A DNA stretch of 39,030 bases from a virus: UHGV virus genome UHGV-1520160; one strand, written 5' to 3'. Positions 7,624 to 15,509 of the stretch are shown one piece after another (position 1 is the stretch's first letter; the number at the start of each line of letters is the position of its first letter). Made by a program: the position numbers and the translations under genes. Below the pieces are notes generated by a model, which was not told the DNA's origin, did no database searches, and worked only from the letters and a program-made list of their open reading frames with translations.

Positions 7624-8181
7624 ATGCAAACACTTTCTTTTCAACAGAATAACAGAGCGCCATCAGAGCACCTGAAATTCCAGTATCAACACAGTGAGGC
7701 TGAAGGCCAGCCGGTCGATCACCGGGCTATCTGTTCTGCCGTCCGCGCCTGGGCGGCGGCAGAGGGCCGCGTGGCGGTCGCTCTGGCGATTAAAGAGGCT
7801 GCCGAACAGGCCGAGCTTGACAGCATTGACATGACCGGCAGCGCCGATGTGTGGAACGTGAAGCTGTTTCGCTGGCTGGACAACCACGAGAAATCACCGG
7901 CCTACCGGGCGAACGTCGAGCAGCTGGCGCCGGTAATAATTTCGGTTCTGCCGCTGGCGTACCGGGATCGCGTGATTAAGCACGACTGCTTTGCGGTTCG
8001 TGTCGCCAGGTCGGTGAAAGAAGACGCTGAGGCGATACAGGCTGTCGTCCTCAAAGCCCCCAGACACGAACGGATGAAGGAAATCAGCGAGAGCATCGTA
8101 GCCAAGCTCTACCTGGACGGACCTGATTCTGTGGCGCCCATTATGGCGATGGTTACAACGATGCTGGGTGGTGCGCTATGA
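7624..8181 (+). CDS. YdaT-like protein at the cII position
   Basis: 185 aa ORF immediately after the Cro-like gene, the same order as racR-ydaS-ydaT in Rac. Family call from gene order and loose recollection. Confidence 0.4.
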   Translation: MQTLSFQQNNRAPSEHLKFQYQHSEAEGQPVDHRAICSAVRAWAAAEGRVAVALAIKEAAEQAELDSIDMTGSADVWNVKLFRWLDNHEKSPAYRANVEQLAPVIISVLPLAYRDRVIKHDCFAVRVARSVKEDAEAIQAVVLKAPRHERMKEISESIVAKLYLDGPDSVAPIMAMVTTMLGGAL

Positions 8182-8265
8182 CGGGCTCAGAAATGGCGAA
8201 AGCCGCGGTGCTCGAACACCAACGGCTTTCAGGTGCAAAAACTGTGCGTAATTGCGGAGAACAGT

Positions 8266-9177
8266 ATGTCAAATACCGCTGAAATATTCAAATTCCCCAC
8301 ACAGCAGGGGAAACAGGAGAGCAGCATGGCTGAACTGGAGAAAGGCTATTTGCGCCTGGCCAACCAGATTCAGGATGCCCTGTGTATCGTCGAACTATCC
8401 GGGCGCGAGTTCCGGGTGCTGAATGCTATCGTTCGTCTGACCTATGGCTGGTCTAAGAGTTCTGACCGCATCGCCAATAGCCTCATTGCAGATAAAACGA
8501 CGCTGAAGGTGAAACACGTCTCTGAAGCCGTGTTGAGCCTTGCCTATCGGAACATCATCATCCTGCGCCGCATTGGGCAAACCAGATACATAGGGATTAA
8601 TACCAGCCTGGATAAATGGGCGTATACCAAGCCAAATTGCATGAAGTGTCCAGCGGTGTTTCCTGCTGCTGAAGTTGTCACATGGGTTATTACCATCCCT
8701 GAATTCAGGGATAGCAATTTTACCCCTTCAATCATCCCTGAAAACGGGGATAACCATCCCCAAAAACAGGGAGAGGTATCCCTGAAAACAGGGAACACCA
8801 AAGACATTCTTCCAAATACAAATATAAATACAGATCTAACCCCCTCTAATCCCCCAAAGGGGAAGGGTAAGTTTGACCCGCTGACGATTCCCGTTCCTGA
8901 GTGGCTTGATTCTGTGTCCTGGAGTGAGTGGGTGGCCTACCGCCAACAGTCTGGCAAAGCCATCAAGACCGAAATGACGGTCACCAAAGCATTCAAGTTG
9001 CTCAAGGCTTGCCTGGACGCTGGGCATGACCCCGTTGATGTGATCAACACCAGTATCGCCAACGGGTACCAGGGACTGTTTAAACCGAAGTTCGCTCTCA
9101 ACGCTCGCAAAACGGGCAGGGATGTGAACCGCATTTCTGAGCCAGACAAAACAATCCCACCCGGATTCAGGGGGTAA
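8266..9177 (+). CDS. replication initiation protein, lambda O-like N-terminal domain
   Basis: ORF trimmed to the ATG at 8266 (GGAGA RBS). N-terminus MSNTAEIFKFP...ELEKGYLRLANQI...SGREFRVLNAIVRLTYGWSK matches recalled lambda O (MTNTAKILNF...DLDDGYARLSNML...RQFKVLLAILRKTYGWNK). Iterons lie inside the gene. Confidence 0.8.
   Translation: MSNTAEIFKFPTQQGKQESSMAELEKGYLRLANQIQDALCIVELSGREFRVLNAIVRLTYGWSKSSDRIANSLIADKTTLKVKHVSEAVLSLAYRNIIILRRIGQTRYIGINTSLDKWAYTKPNCMKCPAVFPAAEVVTWVITIPEFRDSNFTPSIIPENGDNHPQKQGEVSLKTGNTKDILPNTNINTDLTPSNPPKGKGKFDPLTIPVPEWLDSVSWSEWVAYRQQSGKAIKTEMTVTKAFKLLKACLDAGHDPVDVINTSIANGYQGLFKPKFALNARKTGRDVNRISEPDKTIPPGFRG
8695..8795. repeat. replication origin iterons: four copies of palindromic ATCCCT-N4-6-AGGGA, followed by an AT-rich stretch
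   Basis: atccctgaattcagggat 8695..8712; atccctgaaaacggggat 8734..8751; atccccaaaaacagggag 8756..8773; atccctgaaaacagggaa 8778..8795. AT-rich run caaatacaaatataaatacag at about 8813..8833. Same layout as ori-lambda inside O. Confidence 0.65.
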
Positions 9178-9179
9178 GC

Positions 9180-9518
9180 ATGCCAAGACCAAATACACCA
9201 GAAGAGCAGGCGGCACTTATCCGGGTGATCATCGAAGAGGTGAAAATCCGTGGACGCTTAACCGTTAGCGAGGCATCACAGATGTTGTCGCTGCATCGTC
9301 AGACTGCTGAGAAGTATTTCCGCGTAGCAGCCGAACGCGGCGAACTCATTCGTTACGGTCGTCTAGGTTTGTTCAGGGACCCAAAGGCTGTAATTGATTT
9401 CGATCTCCAACGATTCTCATACGGTTCGAGTAAGCCTCTGATTGAGTTACCAGCAGATTTTCGGGGAAGTGCGGTTATGCGTCGGGTTATAGATATCGTG
9501 GGGAGGATGCCAGCATGA
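9180..9518 (+). CDS. hypothetical protein (112 aa) in the position of a replication partner (lambda P slot)
   Basis: ORF track; aggggg RBS; possible HTH (LTVSEASQMLSLHRQTAEKYF). No resemblance to lambda P recalled. Confidence 0.4.
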   Translation: MPRPNTPEEQAALIRVIIEEVKIRGRLTVSEASQMLSLHRQTAEKYFRVAAERGELIRYGRLGLFRDPKAVIDFDLQRFSYGSSKPLIELPADFRGSAVMRRVIDIVGRMPA

Positions 9519-9709
9519 CAACCGAAAAACTGGCGTTGAATTATGACCCAGCCGATCCCGACAAGATGCGATTACCGGCTGGCATAACATGTGGTAATTG
9601 CCACCATATCCATCGTTGTAAAGCAATTTTTGGACACACGGAGTCGAACACATATTGCGATTGGTCACCGTCGCGATTTACTGCTGGCATTGGCGTGAAG
9701 GGGGATTGA
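9515..9709 (+). CDS. small Cys-rich (CxxC...C...C) protein, 64 aa; paralog of 475..669
   Basis: ORF track; about two-thirds amino-acid identity with the minus-strand product 475..669 by eye. Confidence 0.5.
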   Translation: MTTEKLALNYDPADPDKMRLPAGITCGNCHHIHRCKAIFGHTESNTYCDWSPSRFTAGIGVKGD

Positions 9710-9710
9710 G

Positions 9711-9917
9711 ATGATTGCTGCAAACTACACAGTCAATCTCTACTGCGACTGCGATGAGTGCACCGGTAAGCAATGGGGAAGCCCAGATTTTGCCGAGTAC
9801 ATTGGAAATTCATGGTCTGGCTGCGCTAAAGAGGCGCGGCCACATGGCTGGCGTATCAGCAAGGATAGAACGCGAGCGTTCGCGCCAGGTCACAAGATTT
9901 CGAGGACTAACCCATGA
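9711..9917 (+). CDS. hypothetical Cys-rich protein (68 aa)
   Basis: ORF track; CDCDEC motif plus a further Cys; gggggattgag RBS; coupled to neighbours. Confidence 0.4.
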   Translation: MIAANYTVNLYCDCDECTGKQWGSPDFAEYIGNSWSGCAKEARPHGWRISKDRTRAFAPGHKISRTNP

Positions 9918-10285
9918 CAACTATTACCAAAAAGCAACGCGCAGAGCTACGCATGAAGTTTGGCGGTCGCTGTACTTATTGTGGATGCGAACTACCAGAG
10001 AAAGGCTGGCATGCTTACCATGTAAAACCGGTCATTCGTTTTGATGGAAATATGCTTCACCAGGAACGTGACGATATATCAAACATGGTTCCAGCATGCC
10101 ACCCATGCAATCTGCACAAGCATTGCAGTAGCCTGGAAGATTACCGGCGAATTATCGGTGATGGTCGTCGTGAATTCCTTGTGTCCGGGAAAGGCAAAGC
10201 GCTGGTTCGTATGGGATTGGTTGAAATGAAATCTGACCCAGTGGTGTTCTGGTTCGAAAAATATCAAGAAGGAGCGTCAGCATGA
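9914..10285 (+). CDS. HNH endonuclease
   Basis: CTYCGC...HAYHVKPV...ACHPCNLHKH: Cys pairs with His-Asn-His spacing typical of HNH nucleases. Confidence 0.65.
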   Translation: MTTITKKQRAELRMKFGGRCTYCGCELPEKGWHAYHVKPVIRFDGNMLHQERDDISNMVPACHPCNLHKHCSSLEDYRRIIGDGRREFLVSGKGKALVRMGLVEMKSDPVVFWFEKYQEGASA

Positions 10286-10761
10286 CAACTAACAACCACC
10301 CGGCGCACGGTCCTGTATCACTCGATCGCCTGCACCAGATACGTGAAATACTCAGCAAAGCAGCAGCACAAAGCGACGGCGGTAATGTCGGCTATGCGAT
10401 GGCTGATGCTGTGAAGGTGATTAATGGAGTTCTGGAGTCGATGGCCCGTGAGCAAGTACGCCGTGAGCATGCTACATGGTCACAGGCTACTTTCGGCGAT
10501 GTCGGTCCAGTTGGTCCTCTGAAGCACCTTTCTAAAGAAGCGCTCGAGGCTGCTGCTGAACCTGGCGACCTTAGCGAATGGGCTGACATGCAATTCCTGT
10601 TATGGGATACGCAGCGTCGTGCCGGTATCAGTGATGAACAGATTACCCAAGCGATGGTAGAGAAGTTGGCGATTAACAAACAGCGCAAATGGCCTGAGCC
10701 GAAAGACGGTGAGCCATGTGTACATGACAGAATGAATCATGAGCGTATTGATTTTAGCTGA
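10282..10761 (+). CDS. putative phage nucleotide pyrophosphohydrolase-like protein (DUF550/MazG-like), tentative
   Basis: 159 aa ORF in the nin-like region; family assignment from loose recollection of the N-terminal region only. Confidence 0.35.
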   Translation: MTTNNHPAHGPVSLDRLHQIREILSKAAAQSDGGNVGYAMADAVKVINGVLESMAREQVRREHATWSQATFGDVGPVGPLKHLSKEALEAAAEPGDLSEWADMQFLLWDTQRRAGISDEQITQAMVEKLAINKQRKWPEPKDGEPCVHDRMNHERIDFS

Positions 10762-10889
10762 CTCACCGTAGCAACAATGAATAATGTTTCGAGTGTATTT
10801 GATTATGCATTGTGAGATGGACATTACTGAGAGTGTAAATCTTAGTTTATGATAATGGACAGCAATGAAATTATACCCGGAGAGCGATA

Positions 10890-11357
10890 ATGGATACTAA
10901 GAATGAAGTTGTGCAACATTCATCACCCCAGCAGGCAGTGAGAGTATTTGCCGAGGCCCTTGAACAAGCCGTTAGGGAGAACACTATAGAAGATTCGAAC
11001 TCTCGGTCGCCTGGAAAAACTGTGCTTGATTCAAATTCAGAAATAAAATCTTCAACAATTGTCGGTGCTGGTGGATTGATCGGAACTGCTGGCGTTGCAG
11101 CCACTACAGCTTCGGCCGTTACTGGTGGGTCAGCTGCTACTATAATGTCTGCAACAGCTGGAACAGTTGGAGCCAGTGTTGCATCTTTAGCAGGCGCAGC
11201 AGGAACGGCAGGGGCTGCGTCGATCTCATCCGGAATGGCAGCCGTTGGTTCGGTTGTTGGAGGAGGAATGGCCGCCGGGGCAATAATCACAGCGGTGGCA
11301 CCTGTCGCAGCAGTCGCAAGTGTTGCTTACTTGGCTTTTAAGCTTTTTGAAGATTAA
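10890..11357 (+). CDS. Gly/Ala/Thr/Ser-rich hydrophobic (glycine-zipper-like) membrane protein with about 55-aa polar N-terminal domain
   Basis: 155 aa; C-terminal two-thirds is low-complexity (GAGGLIGTAGVAATTASAVTGGSAATIMSATAGTVGASV...AYLAFKLFED). AT-rich 128-bp upstream spacer; GGAG RBS 9 nt before the ATG. Confidence 0.5.
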   Translation: MDTKNEVVQHSSPQQAVRVFAEALEQAVRENTIEDSNSRSPGKTVLDSNSEIKSSTIVGAGGLIGTAGVAATTASAVTGGSAATIMSATAGTVGASVASLAGAAGTAGAASISSGMAAVGSVVGGGMAAGAIITAVAPVAAVASVAYLAFKLFED

Positions 11358-11561
11358 CTAACCTTTCATAAAGGCTGTTTAAGCAGGCTAATTTTCATAT
11401 CTTAGTAAAGTTTCTGCTGGTTAATAATTAGCAGATACAAAACAGAATCCCGCGATTTCACGGCGGAGCCAGCTATGTTTGCTGAAGCACTGGTGCGTGC
11501 AAATTTGCCAGAGCTTTGTCAGCAGAAACAAATAGCGGCTTAATAAAACATTGCTAATTCA

Positions 11562-11589
11562 ACCCGCTACGGCGGGTTTTCTTTTTTTA
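11562..11589 (+). terminator. rho-independent terminator
   Basis: cccgc-tacg-gcggg hairpin followed by ttttcttttttt. Confidence 0.5.
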
Positions 11590-11650
11590 CTACTGACAGA
11601 AAATTAACAATTTGTGCTCTTAAAACGTTGATCATTTCCGTGCATAGGTA

Positions 11651-11670
11651 TACTGTATAAAAACACAGTA
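11651..11670. promoter_or_regulatory. LexA (SOS) box upstream of the dinI homolog
   Basis: tactgtataaaaacacagta fits the CTGT-N8-ACAG consensus exactly and overlaps a TATAAA -10-like element; a TTGATC -35-like hexamer lies at 11628..11633. Confidence 0.7.
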
Positions 11671-11688
11671 CATGCAATGGAGGCCATT

Positions 11689-11922
11689 ATGAAAGTTGAA
11701 TTAACCATTGATCGCATGAAAGAACTTCCTAAAGGCGCGGTACCAGCACTGGAGAAAGAATTGCTTAAGCGCCTGAATGATCACTATGACAATTGCAGGC
11801 TCACAATCCGCCGTGCCGGGTCCGATGGGTTAAGTGTTTTCGGTGGAGACAAGGACGATAAAAAGAAAATCGAATCCATCCTCCAGGAAACCTGGGAAAG
11901 CGCTGACGACTGGTTTTATTAG
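11689..11922 (+). CDS. dinI: DinI-family DNA damage-inducible protein
   Basis: ORF trimmed to the ATG at 11689 (GGAGG RBS). MKVELTIDRMKELPKGAVPALEKELLKRL...ILQETWESADDWFY matches recalled E. coli DinI (MRIEVTIAK...ISEILQETWESADDWF). Confidence 0.85.
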   Translation: MKVELTIDRMKELPKGAVPALEKELLKRLNDHYDNCRLTIRRAGSDGLSVFGGDKDDKKKIESILQETWESADDWFY

Positions 11923-12039
11923 AATTGCGCTTAAGGCTGGCGCGCATTTATCAGAATACCGCAATTTGCGTAACCCTCTGATGCTGCTGCCGACAATCTT
12001 TAATCGCGTCTGTTAGTCGCTCGAAGGGAGAACATAAAT

Positions 12040-12288
12040 GTGAGTGATTCAGCTTTGCAAACGTCAGATGACAACTGGTATGACATTGTAAGAAGGTCTG
12101 ACGGCTGCGTGGTGTTTAGCTTTCCTTCATCGGGCAGGCATCTAATTTATCGCGTCAATGGCATGGTTTCTATGCGGCCTTTGCTGGATGATGAAGAGGT
12201 CTTTACTCCTAATGGTTTTATGCAGTTTATTCACCGTCTCGGCTACCGGGTAACCCCACCTTCTGATAATATGAAATCAACGGTCTGA
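12040..12288 (+). CDS. hypothetical protein (82 aa)
   Basis: ORF track; GTG start with GGGAG RBS. Confidence 0.35.
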   Translation: MSDSALQTSDDNWYDIVRRSDGCVVFSFPSSGRHLIYRVNGMVSMRPLLDDEEVFTPNGFMQFIHRLGYRVTPPSDNMKSTV

Positions 12289-12322
12289 ACAACCGTAACC
12301 TACTGCGCCACGGAGAGAAACC

Positions 12323-12922
12323 ATGGCGCACGAACTACAACTCATCAAGCAGTCATCAGGAATCCTGATCCCCGCGACGCCGGAGACCAGCGATATTCTG
12401 CAATCAAAAATCAAACTCGGCGCCGTGCTGGTAGCCGAATTTCGCCAGGTGAGGAATCCCGCATTCCATCGCCGTTTTTTTGCGCTCCTGAATCTCGGGT
12501 TTGAATACTGGGAACCTACTGGAGGGGCGATATCCAGCAATGAGCGTAAGCTCGTAAATGGTTATGCTAAATTCCTCGCGGCATTTGGTGGAAACGAAGG
12601 CGCACTGCTGGATGCTGCCGAGCAATATCTGGACCGCATCGCCGATAAGCGCGCCGGTAGCATCAGCATCTGCAAATCCTATGATGCTTATCGCGCCTGG
12701 GTGATCGTCGAGTCTGGTCACTATGACGCTATTCAGCTTCCTGACGGAACACTTCGCAAACATCCCCGCAGTATTGCCTTCGCTAACATGGACGAAACCG
12801 AGTTCCAGCAGCTGTACAAAGCCGCGCTCGATGTTCTGTGGCGATGGATACTCTCCCGATCATTTCGCAGTTGTGAAGAGGCAGAAAACGCCGCCGCCCA
12901 GCTGATGAGCTTTGCGGGGTGA
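12323..12922 (+). CDS. YbcN-like nin-region protein, tentative
   Basis: 199 aa ORF directly upstream of YbcO/RusA/YlcG-like genes, the DLP12 order; the family call rests on gene order. Confidence 0.4.
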   Translation: MAHELQLIKQSSGILIPATPETSDILQSKIKLGAVLVAEFRQVRNPAFHRRFFALLNLGFEYWEPTGGAISSNERKLVNGYAKFLAAFGGNEGALLDAAEQYLDRIADKRAGSISICKSYDAYRAWVIVESGHYDAIQLPDGTLRKHPRSIAFANMDETEFQQLYKAALDVLWRWILSRSFRSCEEAENAAAQLMSFAG

Positions 12923-13128
12923 TGGCGATGAAATTTTCCTGGTTCCACCATCACGAATGCACCACCGAACAGGCCGACGAGCTGGTGGAGAAATACCGGG
13001 CGCGCGGTGTAAAGACAGAGCGCAGCCTGAATCGCGACAACATCACCTGGACCGTCAGCGCGCAATTGCCGGAAGGCGACAACGCGCCTCGCCCGAGCTG
13101 GGTATGGCAAAGCAAGGCGTGGGGGTGA
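12919..13128 (+). CDS. hypothetical small protein (69 aa) in the NinE position
   Basis: ORF track; ATGA overlap with the upstream gene. No similarity to lambda NinE recalled. Confidence 0.35.
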   Translation: MMAMKFSWFHHHECTTEQADELVEKYRARGVKTERSLNRDNITWTVSAQLPEGDNAPRPSWVWQSKAWG

Positions 13129-13130
13129 GC

Positions 13131-13421
13131 ATGGCAAATTTACGCAAAGAGGCTCGTGGTCGTGATTGTCAGGTTCGAATTCCCGGCGTCTGCAACGGTA
13201 ACCCGGAAACGTCTGTACTGGCGCACATTCGCCTGGCCGGGTTATGTGGCACCGGAATCAAACCGCCTGATCTGATTGCCACCATTGCATGCTCTGCCTG
13301 TCACGACGAGATCGACCGCCGTACACATTTTGTCGATGCTGAGTATGCTAAAGAATGCTCGCTGGAAGGTATGGCGAGAACGCAGGTCATCTGGCTTAAA
13401 GAGGGGCTCGTGAAAGCATGA
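13131..13421 (+). CDS. YbcO-like protein (DUF1364-type Cys-rich putative nuclease)
   Basis: ORF 12912..13421 trimmed to the ATG at 13131: [64 protein letters not shown]... closely matches recalled DLP12 YbcO. Confidence 0.7.
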   Translation: MANLRKEARGRDCQVRIPGVCNGNPETSVLAHIRLAGLCGTGIKPPDLIATIACSACHDEIDRRTHFVDAEYAKECSLEGMARTQVIWLKEGLVKA

Positions 13422-13780
13422 ATGAATACCGCATTAGCCTCCCGTGGCCGCCGAGCAACAACCGCTACTACCGGCATAACCGCGGGCGCACGCACATCAG
13501 CACAGAGGGGCAGGCGTACCGCGACAGTGTCGCCAGAATCATCAAAGACTCAATGCTGGATATCGGCCTGGCTACACCCGTGAAAATCCGCATTGAGTGC
13601 CACATGCCGGATCGCCGTCGCCGTGACCTGGATAATCTGCAAAAGGCCGCTTTTGACGCACTCACCAAAGCAGGTTTCTGGCTGGACGATGCTCAGGTCG
13701 TTGATTATCGCGTTGTGAAGATGCCCGTTACCAAAGGTGGAAAGCTGGAACTGACAATCACCGGGCTGGAGGCCGTATGA
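13418..13780 (+). CDS. rusA: Holliday junction resolvase RusA
   Basis: [36 protein letters not shown]...[52 protein letters not shown] is near-identical to recalled E. coli RusA. Confidence 0.9.
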   Translation: MNEYRISLPWPPSNNRYYRHNRGRTHISTEGQAYRDSVARIIKDSMLDIGLATPVKIRIECHMPDRRRRDLDNLQKAAFDALTKAGFWLDDAQVVDYRVVKMPVTKGGKLELTITGLEAV

Positions 13781-13917
13781 CATTTGAATCCTGTTTTTCC
13801 GATCACCTCCGCGTTCGCTGGCAGCGGCTTCGCTTATACCACTTTCCCGGCTCTGTGCTAACGGACTACCGGATACTGAAGAATTACGTGAAAACTTATG
13901 CTGGAGAAGCGCTATGA
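13777..13917 (+). CDS. YlcG-like small protein (46 aa)
   Basis: Manual translation: [46 protein letters not shown]; overlaps the rusA stop and the Q start; conserved core [20 protein letters not shown]. Confidence 0.6.
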   Translation: MTFESCFSDHLRVRWQRLRLYHFPGSVLTDYRILKNYVKTYAGEAL

Positions 13918-14729
13918 ACCTTGAAAACACAGTGAAATACCACTTCGCTAAATCCACACTGATTAGCGATTCTCCGCGCGCTACCGTCTCCGATTCACTG
14001 ACCGGTACCGACATAATGGCTGCCATGGGCATGACGCAGGAACGCGCCGCAATGGGTTACAGCGCCTTCCTCGGCAAGATGGGCATAAGCAATAACGACC
14101 GGGATCGGGCGATCGGTCTGCTGGCTGAGTACGCGATGACAAAATGCGACAAGGTTGCCGCACTGCGTAAGCTCGGTGCCGCGGTTAAACCTCAGGTGAT
14201 GCACCAGTTGGCCACCTTCGCTTTTGAGGACTATTCCCGCAGCGCTGCCAGCGTGAAGCAGTGCGATTGTTGTGACGGTCAGGGCTTCATTGAGGCTGAC
14301 GTGTTCACAATGAAATCTCATTATTCAATGAGGATTCCTCAATGGGCGAAAGAGCTTGGTCAGTCACCGAGTGATTTCGAGGTTAAACGACAGGTTCGAG
14401 AGGTGGTTCGAGTGCTGTGCTCGAACTGCAAGGGGAAGAAGGTTGTCAGTTGTGCCTGCAATGATTGCCGGGGACGTGGGAAAGCCGTAGACCAGAAGGA
14501 AACGAAGAAACAGGGGGTGCCGGTTATGACTGACTGCAAGCGCTGCGGCGGGCGTGGATATGAACGCATTCCTTCAACTGAGGCCCACGCAGCTATTTGC
14601 CAGATTACGGATGTAATCAGCCTGGATACGTGGAAGAAGTCCGTTAAACCGTTCTATGATCAGCTGATTACGAAATTCGATATTGAAGAGGCATGGGCAG
14701 AAAACCAACTGAAACAAATAACACGATAA
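13914..14729 (+). CDS. late-gene antitermination protein Q (phage 82 / QuuD-like, Cys-rich zinc-binding)
   Basis: 271 aa; position after rusA/ylcG and before the lysis genes; multiple Cys clusters (CDCCDGQG, CSNCKGKK, CACNDCRGRG, CKRCGGRG). Confidence 0.75.
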   Translation: MNLENTVKYHFAKSTLISDSPRATVSDSLTGTDIMAAMGMTQERAAMGYSAFLGKMGISNNDRDRAIGLLAEYAMTKCDKVAALRKLGAAVKPQVMHQLATFAFEDYSRSAASVKQCDCCDGQGFIEADVFTMKSHYSMRIPQWAKELGQSPSDFEVKRQVREVVRVLCSNCKGKKVVSCACNDCRGRGKAVDQKETKKQGVPVMTDCKRCGGRGYERIPSTEAHAAICQITDVISLDTWKKSVKPFYDQLITKFDIEEAWAENQLKQITR

Positions 14730-14734
14730 CGGCT

Positions 14735-14790
14735 ATGGAAGTTAATTCCAGCTATTTACTTTTCCCGAATCTGTGTTAATTTTATCCCAA
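14735..14790 (+). promoter_or_regulatory. probable late promoter (pR-prime-like) / Q-utilisation region
   Basis: Position immediately after Q; AT-rich with TTACTT and TAATTT hexamers; boundaries approximate. Confidence 0.3.
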
Positions 14791-14813
14791 CGATGGGTTA
14801 ATGCCTTCGTTTC

Positions 14814-14850
14814 AAGCCCCGCGGATAACACCGTGGGGCTTTTGCGTTTC
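14814..14850 (+). terminator. tR-prime-like terminator (hairpin plus T-rich tail) downstream of the late promoter
   Basis: aagccccgcgg-ataaca-ccgtggggctt followed by ttgcgtttc; a second GC hairpin ggcgagg-cgcta-cctcgcc lies at 14861..14880. Confidence 0.45.
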
Positions 14851-14886
14851 TGGAGGTAACGGCGAGGCGCTACCCTCGCCTTAACA

Positions 14887-15303
14887 TTAAGGGAGGGTTT
14901 TCATTACGCTATCAATCTCCCTTCCTTCAAATCTTGAAGTCCAGCCGCAGGAGCCGCAATGGTAAGGAAAGTCATCGAACCCGCTACCGACCTGTTTAAG
15001 ACAGTTGGGGCAATAAACCGCGCTGATATACCCACCCGCGGGATTTTTTCTAAAGGCCGCACCCATGTGCTCGACAAACTCATCCTTTGCCCGATAAGCC
15101 GCTATTTCCTTCTCAAGTTCTACGTTCTTGGCTTTCGCCTCGGCAAGTTCTGCTATGGTGGCAGCATGGGCTTTTTGAAGTACGTCGATCTGCTCTCCAA
15201 TGAAAGCGATGCGCTCGCGCAGGACCTCGTTACTTTGCACAGCAGAAAGCGCGCCGATCCCGTTTTTAAGGGACGCGATAAGTAATCCTACATCCATGGT
15301 CAT
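14887..15303 (-). CDS. coiled-coil protein with C-terminal zinc ribbon (138 aa), convergent to late transcription
   Basis: ORF track; heptad-rich middle (IAELAEAKAKNVELEKEIAAYRAKDEF), C-terminal CPNC...CGSC; ATGA coupling to the upstream 69 aa ORF. Confidence 0.5.
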   Translation of the reverse strand: MTMDVGLLIASLKNGIGALSAVQSNEVLRERIAFIGEQIDVLQKAHAATIAELAEAKAKNVELEKEIAAYRAKDEFVEHMGAAFRKNPAGGYISAVYCPNCLKQVGSGFDDFPYHCGSCGWTSRFEGREIDSVMKTLP

Positions 15304-15509
15304 TCCCTAATTGTCTGTGGAATGACCAATTTAGCAATTTCCTTTGTCTGTGGAAAGCAGGGAAACCACGCGCCGGGCGTGGATAAATATCCCGGTATTG
15401 AATCGACTGTTGGCTGCCGCTTGGCGGCCTTTTTCATTTCAGGCTCACGGGAATCATCCGCTACGTGCTTTGTTGATAAATCCAGCCCGTGAAGCCTGAG
15501 CCTTTTCAT
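15300..15509 (-). CDS. hypothetical small protein (69 aa), possible partner of 14887..15303
   Basis: ORF track; weak Shine-Dalgarno, so the start is uncertain. Confidence 0.3.
   Translation of the reverse strand: MKRLRLHGLDLSTKHVADDSREPEMKKAAKRQPTVDSIPGYLSTPGAWFPCFPQTKEIAKLVIPQTIRE

Noticed and set aside
8937-9216. Minus-strand ORFs 8836..9216 and 8937..9149 over the 3-prime end of the O-like gene
   Set aside because: Antisense to the replication gene; no independent support.
10871-11290. 139-aa minus-strand ORF (Pro/Ala/Thr-rich) overlapping the Gly/Ala-rich gene
   Set aside because: It is a mirror-frame artefact of a low-complexity GC-rich repeat; the plus-strand ORF has an RBS and matches the orientation of the surrounding operon. 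Strand remains formally unproven.
11413-11543. Small palindrome tctgct-N11-agcaga (11413..11435) and a 22-codon ORF (about 11475..11543) before the terminator
   Set aside because: Short arms with a long spacer and no second copy; the miniORF has no clear RBS. Too weak to call a site or gene.
12404-13137. Minus-strand ORFs 12404..12763 and 12733..13137 in the nin-like region
   Set aside because: Antisense to YbcN-like and YbcO-like genes that have recognisable similarity and coupled starts.
14861-14880. Second GC hairpin ggcgagg-cgcta-cctcgcc as a terminator for the minus-strand 138-aa gene
   Set aside because: It lies just downstream of that gene's stop but is not followed by a U-run on the minus strand; more likely part of the plus-strand late terminator region or a stability element.
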